A stretch of DNA of 64,000 bases from Macrostomum hystrix. Lineage: Eukaryota; Animalia; Platyhelminthes. Numbering within the stretch: position 1 is the first letter of the stretch; each line of letters opens with the position of its first letter. Shown here piece after piece: positions 30,503 through 44,341 of the stretch. The translations under genes and the position numbers were made by a program. A model generated the notes under the pieces. It was not told where the DNA came from. It was given only the letters and a program-made list of their open reading frames with translations, and searched no databases. Where the stretch lies: positions 2,666,001 to 2,730,000 of the forward strand of contig CATNEN010000012.1 in assembly GCA_950097015.1 (NCBI GenBank), in the 5' to 3' direction.

Positions 30503-33174
30503 TGTGCGATAAGTGCTAACTGACCTGCGCATGCTGGACATGCCGGCTGGCTTGCTTGTGTGGAAGATTCTAGCATGTTAGCAATATAATATGTTTTTCA
30601 TTTTTATTTTATATATTCTTTGTATTTTATGAGACACAATTATTATTTTTTAGTTCTTCATTAAACTCATCACCATTCTCAAACATATTATAAAATTCAC
30701 ATATGTAATTGAGTTTATGAGAATGAAGTGTGAGACTGGTGTTTGTGTAAAATTAAGCGAAAGACTTGTTCTAGCATTAAAAGTATACAATAGCGATAAG
30801 TTATCATCAGTTAAAACTTCAGTTACAGCTTTCATCAGTTAAAGTTTATTTTAAAAAGCTGTAAAGCAAAGAAATCAAACTATAAAATCAGAAATTAACC
30901 TAAATTAAGTTATCGCAATTTTTAAAATGTGTCGTTTTTTTACTTTTGTTGCACAGTTGTTTTGCGAAAAGAAAATATACGTAAAGTAAAGTTAATCTAC
31001 TTAGATGCTTTTATTCAAACTCTTTCAAAGGCTATTATGGTGTTTCTATTTAGGTAAGGTAAAAGTGTTAAAATGCTTGGATATTATATCATTGCCTGCA
31101 TGCTTATATCAAGGCCTTTAGATAAAATATAAAGGTCTTCATAATAGAGAACTTATGAAGATGCACAAGTACAGTCATCTTAAGACTATATGGAGGCTTG
31201 GAGGTAATTATAAAAAGTAGCAGAATATTATCATTATGAGCGATAATTTATCCACATATAATGCGATCAATTGCATAAATGAATTCTTAAAAATAGTTTA
31301 CTTACTATGTGAAATGGATAAATAGATGTAAGTCAATCGACCACCATTCGGCTGCGTGTACATGCAAACAGAAAAAAACCCAGCGTGCAAAACATTTTAG
31401 AAACCACTAACCAAACATACATTTAGCAATAGTTATGTTTTAAAGATGGTAATTCTAAAGTAGAATAACGTATGAATATTATTTTAAAATATATGCATTT
31501 TCATTATGACCTCCTTAATTTTTTACTTGAGATTATGACTTAACAGAGTGTTATAATAAATTAGTTGCGGCTTTTCTTCGCAAGTCAAAAGGCAAATTAC
31601 GATTCATACAAATTCGATCGATTACTTTTTATCAATAGTCGATCGCATTTGTTAACAACTTTACTTTGTTTTGCTAAATTCGTGCGACTTCATTCAAATT
31701 TTTCACTTAAACCTACAACGAATAATATTTTACCTGAAGTTAGTCCTTACTCCTGGCAGGGAACCATAAGAGTTGCCTCATCAATAACAGTTTCACGGTA
31801 GTAATTACTTTATATTAGGCTACATAAATAGAAATATAAAAACGGATAAAATAATTTTAGACCTCTAGTAAGCCAAATTACTCGCCAGTAATCCCTTTAA
31901 CGAAAGCGACGAATTAAAATTTGATATAGTAAATTCACTTTTATTGAATTTAAAGCGTTCATGTTTTTTGCTTAAATAATAATCCCGTGCTTTATATTAA
32001 CTATAAAAAATGAGAAAATCGAGACAATATATAAGTATTTGCGCAGCGTAGCTGCTTGACTGACAGAATTCGCCGCTTTTATTATAAGTGCTTTAGCTTG
32101 AACTTACGCTGCTCACGACTATATTTGAAGGCCCCACTAATGGGAAAATGAAAATTTAGTAACAATGAAATTATTCACGCAAGTATGATTATAGATGACG
32201 AGAATAATAATGGACACAGACGCAAAACTTTATTGAATAGCTGATGTAAATACTTAATTGTTAGTTCAACCCTAAACAAACAAAACCATAAGTTGTACAA
32301 AAACTATTGCAACTGTAATTATTTTACACATACAAATAGAAGCGTCGCTATAAAAAATGAAAATTACTAGCTACTTGTCACATCAAACTGCGTACAAACA
32401 GCTAAATTAAACGAAAAAAGCAACACCGTGAACGCGAATGCACTTAAACAAAAGAAAACGAATAAACGAAATATGTGAAGCAATCAATCAAACAAACATG
32501 TTAGTTTTATACATTAGCGTGGCGTGTGCAAGCAGCACAGAAAGAAACAAATAGAAAATGGGGAACAGAAAACAAGCACATTTTGGGAGCATCAAAATGT
32601 AAATTGGGTAGGGCTTAATGCATCACAGCATAGAGTAACTAACACCTGAACTCAATTTACAGGTGCGTCAAACTGAAACTTTGATGAAATTGTAAACAAC
32701 AACAGCCGGAGGAAATTCAAAGAAAAAGGCCTGAAAAACAGTGCACAACAGAGAGAAAAAATGGGGAGCAAAGTTTCACTGTTCACTGTGGCATTTAAGA
32801 CATTGCCGAGTCCATATAGAGGTTTCTCAGTAAACAGGATAATCTCGTATTTTATATATATAATGTGCAGTGTGTAGGTATGTGATATATATATTATAGC
32901 ATTCTAGTAAATCACAATAGCTAAGAAAAAACCACAGTAATTGTGTTAGTTTGTGTTAGTATCTTATAATATTTTATAGCATTCTAGTAAATCACAATAG
33001 CTAAGAAAAACCACAGTAATTGTGTTATATTAGAACAGTAACAGTATGTAGAAATGTTAGTGAACAAAAAATTTATTTAGCTATTTGTAAATTTGAGAAT
33101 CTTCCTAATATTTCTAAATTCCTTCGGCACGCTGCATCAAAGATGCAATAATGCTCAGAATGATACGATCTAGA

Positions 33175-33846
33175 TTGGATAAGGATGGCATTGGTTAGAT
33201 AAGAATGGTTTTAGGTTGGATAAGGATGGCTCAGGTTGGATAAGGATGGTTCAGGTTGGATAAGGATGGCAAAGGTTGGATAAGGATGGCTCAGGTTGGA
33301 TAAGGATGGTTCAGGTTGGATAAGGATGGTTCAGGTTGGATAAGGATGGTTCAGGTTGGATAAGGATGGCTCAGGTTGGATAAGGATGGCTCAGGTTGGA
33401 TAAGGATGGCTAAGGTTGGATAAGGTTGGTTCAGGTTGGATAAGGATGGTTCAGGTTGGATAAGGATGGCTTAGGTTCGATAAGGAAGGTTTAGGTTGGA
33501 TAAGGATGGTTCAGATTGGATAAGGATGGTTCAGGTTGGATAAGGATGGTTCAGGTTGGATAAGGATGGTTCAGGTTGGATAAGGATGGCTCAGGTTGGA
33601 TAAGGATGGCTCAGGTTGGATAAGGATGGCTAAGGTTGGATAAGGTTGGTTCAGGTTGGATAAGGATGGTTCAGGTTGGATAAGGATGGCTTAGGTTCGA
33701 TAAGGAAGGTTTAGGTTGGATAAGGATGGTTCAGATTGGATAAGGATGGTTCAGGTTGGATAAGGATGGTTCAGGTTGGATAAGGATGGCTTAGGTTGGA
33801 TAAGGATGGCATAGGTTGGATAAGGATGGCTCAGGTTGGATAAGGA
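33175..33846. repeat. 20-bp minisatellite (GGTTGGATAAGGATGGTTCA)
   Basis: About 33 tandem copies, including a duplicated block of variants. Confidence 0.95.
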
Positions 33847-34518
33847 TACATCTAGACAGGAATAAGGACAGGATACAGGTTTGACATGTAAAAAATCGCA
33901 ATAATGTAAAAAGAACACAACACAAAAGAATCACAACTTTGGACTCGCTCAGTCCAGTTGGTGTGCAATAAAATCTCCAGTTTCTCAGCAGTACCAGTAC
34001 ATCCGCAGCAACTAGCAATAATACCTTATCTAACTATATGAGTAGAAGTATACGACACAGGCTAACTAAACTATACTAGATAGATCAAGGAAATACAAAA
34101 AAGCTGTGAATAAAAAAGAACGAAGCTGGGCTTCCAACACACAAAACTGGTTGAATAATTCAGATTTCATCTGATCTGAATAAAACTAGTGAAAACGGTA
34201 TAATAAAAAGTGCAGCTCGATAATAACAGTCCCTGTTCTTGAGTTTAAACAACTAAATGAAGGCTTGCATGTTTTTTTAAAAGTCTGCTTAAAGCTTAAC
34301 TGTTAAATTTTGCAAAGAAAACAAGCAGCAGGGTAACAAGGCTAAGAGGAGCATAGCAACTACACCCTTGATGTCACAAACAGATTACATGGGATTGATC
34401 CCAAAAATATGAACAGGGGAGCAATGCCACATAAGGCGAGTTGCCGAACAAGTTGGCAGACGGAGCATGAACCTGAGCGCATAAAGACTAAGGCAATCAA
34501 TCAGTTGGCTGCAGCAAG

Positions 34519-36168
34519 TCAGGCATCGCTGGACTCAGCACCCTCCGGTTGTCGCAGCAAATTGAAGCTGCCATTCCTAATAGCCAGCAGCAGCTGCGGC
34601 AGGTCCTCTTCCACCTCCATGGCCTCCTGCCAGGTCTGAACAACTGAACTGTGGGATCGGAGCACGTGCTTCTGCAAGTTACCTGGCAGAGTGAAAGCAG
34701 ATTTACACAATCTGCAGACGTAGGGGCGCCGGCCAGTGTGTATGATCTGATGTTGATAGAGATTGTTAGACTGAGAGAAGGCCTTGGCGCATACAACACA
34801 CTGGAAAGGCCTAGCACCCGAGTGCACCCGCTTGTGCCGCATGAGATTGGAGTGATTGCTGAATGACTTGCCGCAGACCGGGCAGCTGTAAATCCGACTA
34901 TTGCCGTGCGAAACTCGGCGACCGTTGGACGCTGCTGCCGAGCCGGATGTGGAAGCTCCGTCAGCGTCTAAAGTCAACGGGGAAGCCGGCAGGGGCGGCA
35001 CCGAGGCCAGCCTCAGCGTCAGGCCGGATGCGTTGACGATCGGCGAGGAAGCGACTGCGGGGGCCTCTGCAAGGATCACGCCCGGCTTCTCGTCGACGAT
35101 TATCGGCTCGTCTTCGTCGTCGAATTCACCATAGTCTTCGTCGTCTTGCTCGGCAAAGTCGACGTCGGGATCAACAGATCGGGGCACAACATCGGCGATT
35201 ACTTCGTCGACTTCGCATTCGGGCGCCGAGTGCCTGACCGGACTAGGAAAGGAGGAAGCCGGGCTGGGTGTGTAGTCGCCCTGCGCTCCGCTGGCTCCGG
35301 AGTTGTTGCCGTTGCCAAGGACAACAATGGTGACGCCGTTGTCCATTGCAATTTCACCGTTGGCAATCGCAGCGGCGTGTAGTCGATTGAGTAGATTGAC
35401 AGCCTGGACAGCGAAGTTTGAATGCGCTAGCGAGGCCGGCAGGCAGAGACAGGGCGGACCGACAACAACGTCGCTCTGACGAAACAGCGGCGGCAGCGGC
35501 CGAGCTGTCAGGCCGGTTGGGGCTACGGGCTCTAGCTTGCCGTTGAAACTGCTGCTGCTTCCGCTGCTGCTGCCACCGTCGCCGCTGCAAAAGCTGCTGC
35601 TGACAGGCGATGAAAACAAGCTAGAAAAACTGGTGGCGGTCGTTTGCGTCGTTGAAACCATAGACGATGGCGCTGAAGGAGTCACCAATAGTGTCACAGT
35701 TGACACTGGTGGCACTGAATGATGCGTCGATGCAGGCGGCGGCGGAGGCTGCGACGCCCTAGCCGATGTCAGCGTCAGCTGTGGCATCAACGACGACGCA
35801 GAAGACGTCAAGGAGAAAGTTGGCAACGAAGGCGGCATCGTCGAAGTCAGGGTGAGCATCGGTGGCGTCAGCGGCTTGATCTGCGTTGTCATTGAGCCAG
35901 ACCCGGGCGTTGCTGATACGAGAACTACTTCGCTGTCATCGTCATCGCAGTTGTTATTGTTATCGTTTTCCTCGTCCTCTGGCACCACCGGCACGCACAG
36001 GGACACTGGCTGGCTAGATTCCAGCTGACTGTGATCAGGCTGGGACAACGCCGCCTGAGTAGTTTCATCATTCTCCACCTGCTCCAGGGTGCTGCAGGTG
36101 ACAGCTATGGTGGCCGTGTTGCCACCAGCATCAGCCACCTGCAGCAGCACGGGGACAGCCTTCACTCG
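34519..36168 (-). CDS. C2H2 zinc-finger transcription factor (3 C-terminal fingers), large terminal exon; 5' exon(s) unresolved
   Basis: 548-aa ORF with CPVCGKSFSNHSNLMRHKRVH-SGARPF-QCVVCAKAFSQSNNLYQHQIIH-TGRRPY-VCRLCKSAFTLPGNLQKHVLRSH, preceded by Ser/Pro-rich and acidic low-complexity regions. Acceptor cacttcag| at 36168. Confidence 0.9.
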   Translation of the reverse strand, partial: RVKAVPVLLQVADAGGNTATIAVTCSTLEQVENDETTQAALSQPDHSQLESSQPVSLCVPVVPEDEENDNNNNCDDDDSEVVLVSATPGSGSMTTQIKPLTPPMLTLTSTMPPSLPTFSLTSSASSLMPQLTLTSARASQPPPPPASTHHSVPPVSTVTLLVTPSAPSSMVSTTQTTATSFSSLFSSPVSSSFCSGDGGSSSGSSSSFNGKLEPVAPTGLTARPLPPLFRQSDVVVGPPCLCLPASLAHSNFAVQAVNLLNRLHAAAIANGEIAMDNGVTIVVLGNGNNSGASGAQGDYTPSPASSFPSPVRHSAPECEVDEVIADVVPRSVDPDVDFAEQDDEDYGEFDDEDEPIIVDEKPGVILAEAPAVASSPIVNASGLTLRLASVPPLPASPLTLDADGASTSGSAAASNGRRVSHGNSRIYSCPVCGKSFSNHSNLMRHKRVHSGARPFQCVVCAKAFSQSNNLYQHQIIHTGRRPYVCRLCKSAFTLPGNLQKHVLRSHSSVVQTWQEAMEVEEDLPQLLLAIRNGSFNLLRQPEGAESSDA

Positions 36169-36913
36169 CTGAAGTGGGTAAGGAAGATTTAACTGTTTCT
36201 GGCTTTATCACAAATGGTAAGAAGCTTTTTGCTTTTGCAATAATTTTGTATCATACAAGAATTATCATAGTAGCTTATAGGCTAGCCTTATAACATATAA
36301 CTTATACAATATAAAAAATATTTTGAGTTCAAAAAATTATTTCATGAAGATAAAGTAACTAATTATAGCTACAGATTGGTCTACAACTAAAAAAAAGCTT
36401 CAAATAAATTGAAGTTATTAAAATAGTTAAGCATTCGAGTTAATAATAAAAACACTTTTGTGCCACTGCAAGGCTACTGACTATTAATCAGTTAATTCAC
36501 TGGACTGGGTGCAATGCATTATCCGTCAAAAGGCCCTGTTCACCAGGTTTGCCAAGCTTGTTGATGTCATCTCTATTCTAGTGAAAGTTGTTAAGTCATT
36601 TCTCTCCTGTTGCTTCAACTGTCAGTTGAAGAACTTAGTGCAAATTTCTTACCTTGTGCTATGTACACCTGAAAATGTTGACCTGGCCACATGCTTTGGT
36701 GTTGTTTCATGTCTATAGGGGCACTTGGATAAGTAATAGAACCAACTATCTATCTATAACTATCTTCTGTTTTATATTTTCTCTTATCTATATTATATAC
36801 AAATAAAAATTTGCATACATATATAATTTCTTGTTAAGTAGATATAATTATTCTTTAATTTATTTTGTAGGAATTTGAGTGCTAGTTGCAGACGATGAAG
36901 TATTCATTACTTG

Positions 36914-37194
36914 CATACATGCGCAACACCCGGCCGACCCAGCCAAACTGGCCGGGTGAAACGAGGGCCAAGCAAGGTAAGTCGCAAAAACAAATCGACC
37001 AAGCGCCAAAAAATCAAAGGGGGGACCAAGGGACAAAAAAGGAAGGTGTAAAGAAAAGGAAAAAGGGGAGAGAAAAAGAGAGCAAATGAGAGCAAACTTA
37101 GTCGTAAATAGAGCAATGAAACGAACTAAGTCGCAAATGAGAGCAAAAACTAAGTCGCAAGGCCGGCTAAGATTTGGGAGGCTGCGCATGTATG
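36914..37194. mobile_element. hAT-type MITE, 281 bp
   Basis: Perfect 12-bp TIR CATACATGCGCA / TGCGCATGTATG. An identical 8-bp TSD, ATTACTTG, lies at 36906-36913 and 37195-37202. The internal motif TAAGTCGCAA occurs three times. Confidence 0.85.
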
Positions 37195-38224
37195 ATTACT
37201 TGCATAAACTTTTTTCTGTGAAATATTTTGTAATTCTATAGATAGAACTAGTCCAATAATGAATTGAAGGCAAAATCTTGAAGTACAATTATAAAGTCAC
37301 AGTTGAGAGAAAACTTAAGTTGCAGATTAAAGAATCATCTGTGCTCCCCAAAGGAGGGCAAAACAAACTGCAATTTAGTTTTTTTGTTTGATAAAGCAAA
37401 TGTTGTTTGATAAAACAAACTTCAATAAGTCATGAATGAGAAAAAGCAATAATAATTCACAAAGTTTGCTAATTTCCTAAAATATGGTAAACTGTTCTTT
37501 AGTCCCTTTTTGCTTTTAGCAGACTTCACCCTAATGTGGATTTACACAAAGCTAGAAAATATTGTCACTTGTCAGTATGCTATGATTTAATCCAAATGCT
37601 CAATCAGATCTCAAACCAATACAAAGTCTATATGACTATAGCTTTGATATACATGTAAGATGTAACTTCACAGATAGGCTATATTATTTTAATAATCTAA
37701 TTGCACCATTCCTAAATCTCTTAGACTCTAATGGTTTAGCTATTGAAATGCACATTATTTATAAAAATAAATTACTTAAGTTTAATGATTTTTTGTCTAA
37801 GAAACATGAAGACACTGTAAAATATCCTATGACAGTATGAGCCAAGGTCGCAAATTGCAAATACATGCATATATTGATTTTAATTTACTTTACATGTCCT
37901 GTTTGTGTGATCTGTGTCACTAAAGGGATCCAAAACTAAATTAATACGCTGCAAAACGGACACTAGCTAGCTATTCAAGTCATTTCGTCATTGTCAACTG
38001 GGGTTGGTACTTGGCAGGCCGCCTAGCGACTGATTCCAGTAGTTGTTCACGTCGTCATCAGCCAACTGGGACACCCAAATAATTAGTCACTTCGTCAAAT
38101 TATTTGACAAAAAACAGTTGACAAACTGCCCAGAACTCTATAGCCTCCTAAGACATGTCACCGCGGCACATACACATAACGGGCGCTCGTCATCACACTG
38201 GCATGCAATAAAAACGTGTGAATG

Positions 38225-39803
38225 ACGAGTGTAACTTTTTCCGCTCGTTTTCCCGCTCGATATTCCGATCAATCAATATTCCGGTCGACTAATTCAGTGT
38301 CGACACTTAAACAAAAGATTTAAAGCATATAAATAAATAAAAAGTCTCTTTATTTTTATTTTACTAATTTTAGTTTTTAATATTAAACACTATTATTTTC
38401 CTCTATTTCTCCAAAAAAAACAGTTAAAATGCATTTCATTTCAATTAAAATACATTAACTGTCGGGTAAGGTGGTGATTTAACTGTCGGGACGATGAATA
38501 ACTGTCGGGATGATGAATTTACTGTCGGGATGATGCATTAACTGTCGGGATGATGCATTAACTGTCGGGATGATGCATTAACTGTCGGGTCAGGTGGTGA
38601 TTTAACCGGGATGATTTAACACGCTGGGCGCAAGGACTAAGGTGATAAAAAGCGAGTAGCTTAAAATGACATTGTCAGTCCACCAGCGCGTTTTACTCAG
38701 CGTACATGAATATAAAATAATCAACCATTCAGCCAGCAGCAGCCAGCTGCTGCACGCAGGCTGCGCACTCACTACGTGACAGGTACAAGGCTCGGGAGTC
38801 GAGCAGCAGCCAGACCGCAGAGCTCGCGGCTTTCCGCATTGGAGGGCTGCCTGGAGCCCCTGAAGCGCTTACAAAACAAGGTCATCAAAACAATGCTGCC
38901 CAGGAACCTGGCTGTGCGGTACCTCTCTCCCTTGAATGTCCGTTTGCTTAGAGACAGGTCACAGAGTGTTTGCTCATCCCAGCTTTCTGCTAACAACTCT
39001 CTACTTGACATTGCTAAATATTATATTAAAGGAGAGAACTGCCAGCCAGGCCACTCCTCACGTTGCCCTGCGAATAATGCCAGGGCCTCAACTTGAGCCT
39101 CAAGTTGAGCCTCAACTGGGCTGCAAGCATGCAGGGACTCCTTAAACTACTTAATTTAAGTAGTCCCTAGCTGCAAGCAAGAACGCAGCCCAGGAAAAAA
39201 TATTGTGTCTTGATTGTCTTCAAATTAAAGCTGACAGGCAGAAGGAAACGAAACGGCTGCCGCCGCAGCTGCTTCCGAGGAAGTCGAACTGCTTCATCGG
39301 CTGGTCCGGATGCTGCCCTTGACGTCCGGCCCGATCGCCTGCCACCGGATGACATACCGCCTACGCCTTTCCTGAAGCCTTCTTCCGCTGCAACGCCTGT
39401 CCAGACTCGAAGGTACGGCGGATCGCTCCGGCGAAGGGACTCCAGCAGCTCCATGGCCCTCTCGGTACGGACCACCGGGGCTCCTGACCCGACCACTGGA
39501 CCAGCTGCGGGACCCGACAGTTAATTCATCGTCCCGACAGTTTAATTAACCAACCTGACCCGACAGTTAATGCATCATCCCGCCAGTTATTGCATTTTAA
39601 TTCATTGAAATGAAATGCATTTTAACTGTTCTATTGGAGAAAAAATAGTGGAAAATGATTGTGTTCATTATAAAAAACTAATATTAGTAAAATGAAAATA
39701 TAGAAACTATTTTTTTTTCATTTATTTTATTTTTTGCCTCTCTTTAAGTGCATTAACTGTCGGAATATCGATCGGAATATCGAGCGGGAAAAGATACACT
39801 CGT
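38225..39803. mobile_element. Long-TIR foldback-like non-autonomous element with tandem subrepeats in its arms
   Basis: 38225-~38600 is a diverged inverted copy of ~39513-39803 (ACGAGTGTA..TTTTCCCGCTCGATATTCCGATC..AACAGTTAAAATGCATTTCATTTCAAT..). Both arms carry a 20-bp subrepeat, TAACTGTCGGGATGATGCAT. No TSD found. Confidence 0.7.
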
Positions 39804-41488
39804 AAGTCGTAAGTTACAAAAAAAACAATTTAAACTTTTTTTTTAAATTAAAAAATTAACTACAAATAATCTTGGCTTACAAGCGTAGTAAGTATAAATA
39901 AAAAATCTGTATCTGAGTGAAATAAAAAAATGACTTCACAATTAACGTACTTAACATGTCATGTAGCTGGGTACTCTGTTCTAGGAAAAATTGTACTGAA
40001 TTGAAGTCAGCTGTAAAGTTTAAGTTTTGTTCAAACGATAGACTTCATGGTGACCTTCTAATAATTTAGCTTAGGCCTAGTAAACTTATATTAGTATATA
40101 CTTAAGCTAGTTCTAGTAGGAGCTTTCTTTCTCAACAATTAATTTCGTAGGCATAGGGGCCTATTTATCTAACTTCAAATCCTTATTCCAGCCCCTAATT
40201 CACAATCCCAATTTTTATTCCCTTAGTTGTATTTTAGAATTTAGGCCGGAACTTCTGAATCACGAATTTCCTAATTCTTATCGTTTAACTTAGCACAGCA
40301 AAGAGTTTGTACTAAAAATATCACTTTGGCAATCTTTTGGCTTTGTGTCATAAATTATTTTGATTAATGTTTCCTTTTTACCGGTAACATTAAAGGTAGG
40401 GGGGCCTAACATTAAAAAATCCTTAGAGTTTTATTAGGGCTTTGTTATTTTGGCACATTTTTTTGCCACATGGTTTTGGTAATGTTATTCATTAAAACAA
40501 TGAGTCCCGTGGTAAAAGTCCATGTTGCTGCAGGTCTGAACAATGCAGGTCAGTGCTAGAGGAGAGCAATATTTAAGCCTATAGGCAAATGTTGAACATA
40601 ATAATGTGGACTATTAAAAATCTCTAGTGTCTCTGAAATATTGGGACTGTGATTGTTAACGATTTATGTTTATACCCACTATGGCACTATGCTAGTATGT
40701 TTAGAAAAAATCAAACAAAATTTCTATGTTTAGACCCACTTTTCTACACTTTTATACACTTAGAGCTAATTATGTTTTTGTCTGAGACTTTAGTTCTTGC
40801 AGCTTCTAGTTTATGGTTTACAAGCTGGAAAGTTGACACAACTCTTTGGAACTCAAGGGTCTATGGATTCCATAGACTGAAAAATATTTTTAAGGCTATG
40901 GTAAAACTTAGTTTCTTTGAGTTTTTTTGTCACTAGTGTCTCTCATATTCTGGCTCAACATTTGCCCAATTTGACATAAAGGCAAAAATCTCTTAATTGC
41001 CTTTAAATGCTAGCTGCTATTTTTATAATCTTAAATGACCTCAGTGTTGATTTTTTCATTATGACCACTTTCCTATATGTAGGGTCAATTGCTAATTTGG
41101 AGATAATAGAATGTACATTACTTTCTAGGGAAACTTTTACTGAATGCTCCTCTTTTTAATATGGTAAACAAGGGGCAGCTTTCCAACTCTGAATGGGCAT
41201 TCTAATGTCATGTTAGTGCTTTAGACTTTTGATGTCTGATGTTGGCTTTGTATCTTGAATCTTTGAGCCTAGGAGTAAATAAATATCATCCTCTAGATAG
41301 ATGCTTATTCCCCAATCCCCGTTGCTTCAGTTCACCAATAGAATGGCAACCAACAATGCTCCAATAAGCATTTCGGTGTGTGTTATACCCGCCAGTCCAT
41401 GCACTTACTGCACAATTTTCGCTTACTAAAAAACAACAGATACTAAAAAGCTTACTATTTCTTTTCAGAAAGTTGCTACTAACCAGGC

Positions 41489-43342
41489 ATGTCCGACGAC
41501 TCAGCTGCGCCAGCCTTCAAGGTGGCGTTCGGCTTTCAACGGACCAAAACTGGCCGCCTAGCTGGTGAAGCGTCCGCCGATGTTCTAGTCGCCGACGATG
41601 CCGACGAGCGCAGGGGTGGCAAGCGCGGCCGCCAGCCAGTCGCCGAGCTCATCACCGCCATCGAGGGTGATCGAGTTGAACGACCAGACGGTCAGCTGGC
41701 TAGTGGTCTGGCTGGCGACGAGGAAGACAGCGGGCTGGTGGTGCCGCTGCTGGCTGACCGTCGCGACTGGTCGCTAGCGGCTAAGAAGCGAAAAAAGGCG
41801 GCAGCGGCAGACGAAGAGGACCCTGGGACTGACCAGCAGCTGACGAATGCCAGTCCAGCCGTGTTGGCCATCTTGGCCGAGTGTCGGAATGGCGGCGGCG
41901 GCGTCTCTTACACCGGCGCCGATGCAACTTCGTCTGATGCCACTATTGAAGTGCCGCTGCAGCCGAAGGAGGCGGAGTCGGAAGAGGACTCTGGCACGGA
42001 AGAAGTTAAAGACGCTGACTACAACGCTGTGCCAGTAGAATCTTTCGGATTGGCGGCTCTACGTGGCATGGGCTACAAAGGCACCGCTGCTGACCTGGCC
42101 AAGGAGTCCAGCCAGCGGGAGGTGCGACTCAGACCGCGCGGCCTTGGCCTGGGCGCCGACGGTCCCGAAACGGAGGCAAACGGGTGGGTGCACTTTTAGA
42201 TAGTTAGTTAACAGCGAATTCAAATGCCAGCTAGAACCTAGCATCAAATATCCGGTTAACGATTCCTGCTACTTTATTCACACACCTGTTGCTTGATTCA
42301 CACACCTGCTACTTGATTCACAAACCTGTTACTTGATTCTCACACCTGTTACTTGATTCTCACACCTGTTACTTGATTCTCACACCTGTTACTTGATTCT
42401 CACACCTGTTACTTGATTCTCACACCTGTTACTTGATTCTCACACCTGTTACTTGATTCTCACACCTGTTACTTGATTCTCACACCTGTTACTTGATTCT
42501 CACACCTGTTACTCGAGAGTGTCCAGTCTTTCTTATCGATTCACTTATCTGTCTAATAAATTTCTATCGTGCTCAGATTACGTCATTTAAGTGCGAATTT
42601 TTCAAGCTCTTTTCCTGCGAGTTCTTAACACAGCCTGTTAAATGCCCGCAGTAAGCAGCCACAGGCCGCCATAGGCCAGCTAGATGACAGCACTGGCGAA
42701 CAGCTTCAGTGGAAGTCGGGCAGCCGATGCCGTATAACAGCCGGTCGTGACGCCGGCCACTGCGGCACCCTGGTATCTGCCGACTCCAACGCCAGTCATT
42801 GGCTCGTGACCGTAGCTCAACTGTCCGACGAGGTGAAGTCCTACCCAATGTCCATCCTCCAGTTGATTAATCAGCGAGAATTCGACTCCGGTCGGCGGCT
42901 TTTGAACACTGGCCGCGTGGATCGATACAGGGCGCAGCAGGCTCGCCGTGGCTGGCTGCGCGCCGGCTGCCTTGTGAAAGTCTGCTCCAGCGGGCACCGG
43001 CTGTACGCCCGCCGTCTCCTAATTGTTGAAGAGCTTAACGACGGCGCCGCAGGTCGTTGTGTCGACGCCGCCGCCGCTGACGACCGAGTCGATCCTAAGT
43101 CGTCGACGGAACTGTCTGTCGATGACGTTGAATCGGTGGTGCCGCGGCGACGCGATGTTCGGGTGCTGATTGTCCGCGGCACCCTAGCCGGACAGCAGGG
43201 CCGCACAGTGGACGACGACAACAAAGACAATGGCCTGCGGAGCAATGGGCGGGTTCGCGTACGACTTCGGGAGTCCGGCGACGTAGTCACCCAGTTCCTG
43301 GACGATGTTTGCGAGTACCGGCGGCCGACTGCGTCTCGCTGA
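41489..43342 (+). CDS. GPKOW: G-patch and KOW-motif protein (Spp2/GPKOW), 2 exons (41489-42183, 42652-43342), 461 aa
   Basis: N-terminal FKVAFGF; G-patch DYNAVPVESFGLAALRGMGY...RPRGLGLGA; KOW-like segments (CRITAGRDAG, WLRAGCLVKV, VLIVRGTLAGQQGR) and a C-terminal DDVCEY. The phase-2 junction GG|GTGGGT..CGCAG|T is consistent. Confidence 0.88.
42285..42512. repeat. 20-bp minisatellite in the GPKOW intron (CACACCTGTTACTTGATTCT)
   Basis: About 11 copies. Confidence 0.95.
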
Positions 43343-43359
43343 TTAGATTGCTCATCTAA

Positions 43360-43835
43360 TCCTGATGGATTGCTGTTCTCTCACTAGGGATTGCTAATCT
43401 GTCCATATGGATTGCTAATCTGTCCATATGGATTGCTGTTCTCTCACTAGGGATTGCTAATCTGTCCATATGGATTGCTGTTCTCTCACTAGGGATTGCT
43501 AATCTGTCCATATGGATTGCTGTTCTCTCACTAGGGATTGCTAATCTGTCCATATGGATTGCTAATCTGTCCATATGGATTGCATTTCTCTCACTAGGCA
43601 TTGCTAATCTGTCCATATGGATTGCTGTTCTCTCACTAGGCATTGCTAATCTGTCCATATGGATTGCTGTTCTCTCACTAGGCATTGCTAATCTGTCCAT
43701 ATGGATTGCTGTTCTCTCACTAGGGATTGCTAATCTGTCCATATGGATTGCTGTTCTCTCACTAGGCATTGCTAATCTGTCCATATGGATTGCTGTTCTC
43801 TCACTAGGCATTGCTAATCTGTCCCTTTGGATTGC
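43360..43835. repeat. 21/42-bp minisatellite immediately 3' of GPKOW
   Basis: Alternating 21-mers GGATTGCTAATCTGTCCATAT and GGATTGCTGTTCTCTCACTAG. Confidence 0.95.
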
Positions 43836-44341
43836 TAATCTTTCGAATTGGTTTGCTCATTTTTAGATTGATAATCTATTCCTTTGTGTCCATCAAGTGC
43901 ACTGCTTAAAATGAGACGGCACTTTTGCATGGTAAAGAGTGTTTTTCAACAATTTTGTACTAATTGTCTATATTTCTGTATAAAATTGGCATTTGAATGT
44001 ATCTATAATTTGCCTGCATTTCGTGTTTGCACAAAACGTTTGCCATAGGTAATAAATAATATATATAGTGCTTGTACTATGTACAATTACGTAAAACTAT
44101 GTGCAACTATTCGAATTCAGTTTCTGTGCATGTAAGCACACTCTTAGAAAATTAGACTTTCTCTTTTAGTCTATGTCACAAGCTCATTTAATCTGGGCAG
44201 AAATCCCATTTTATTATGTAAAAGATAAAGCATGACTTTTAGGGTTGTATTTGTTTAAATCGCGAGGGCCGAAAATCTCACTTAAATCTATGCTTTCAAA
44301 CTCCGGGATGTATTTTGATACAACCCGGAATATAGTTTGGG

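Noticed and set aside
30600-33170. AT-rich stretch with short ORFs and a ~55-bp local duplication (32895/32975)
   Set aside because: No coding bias, splice pattern or TE hallmarks; probably intergenic DNA or 3' UTR.
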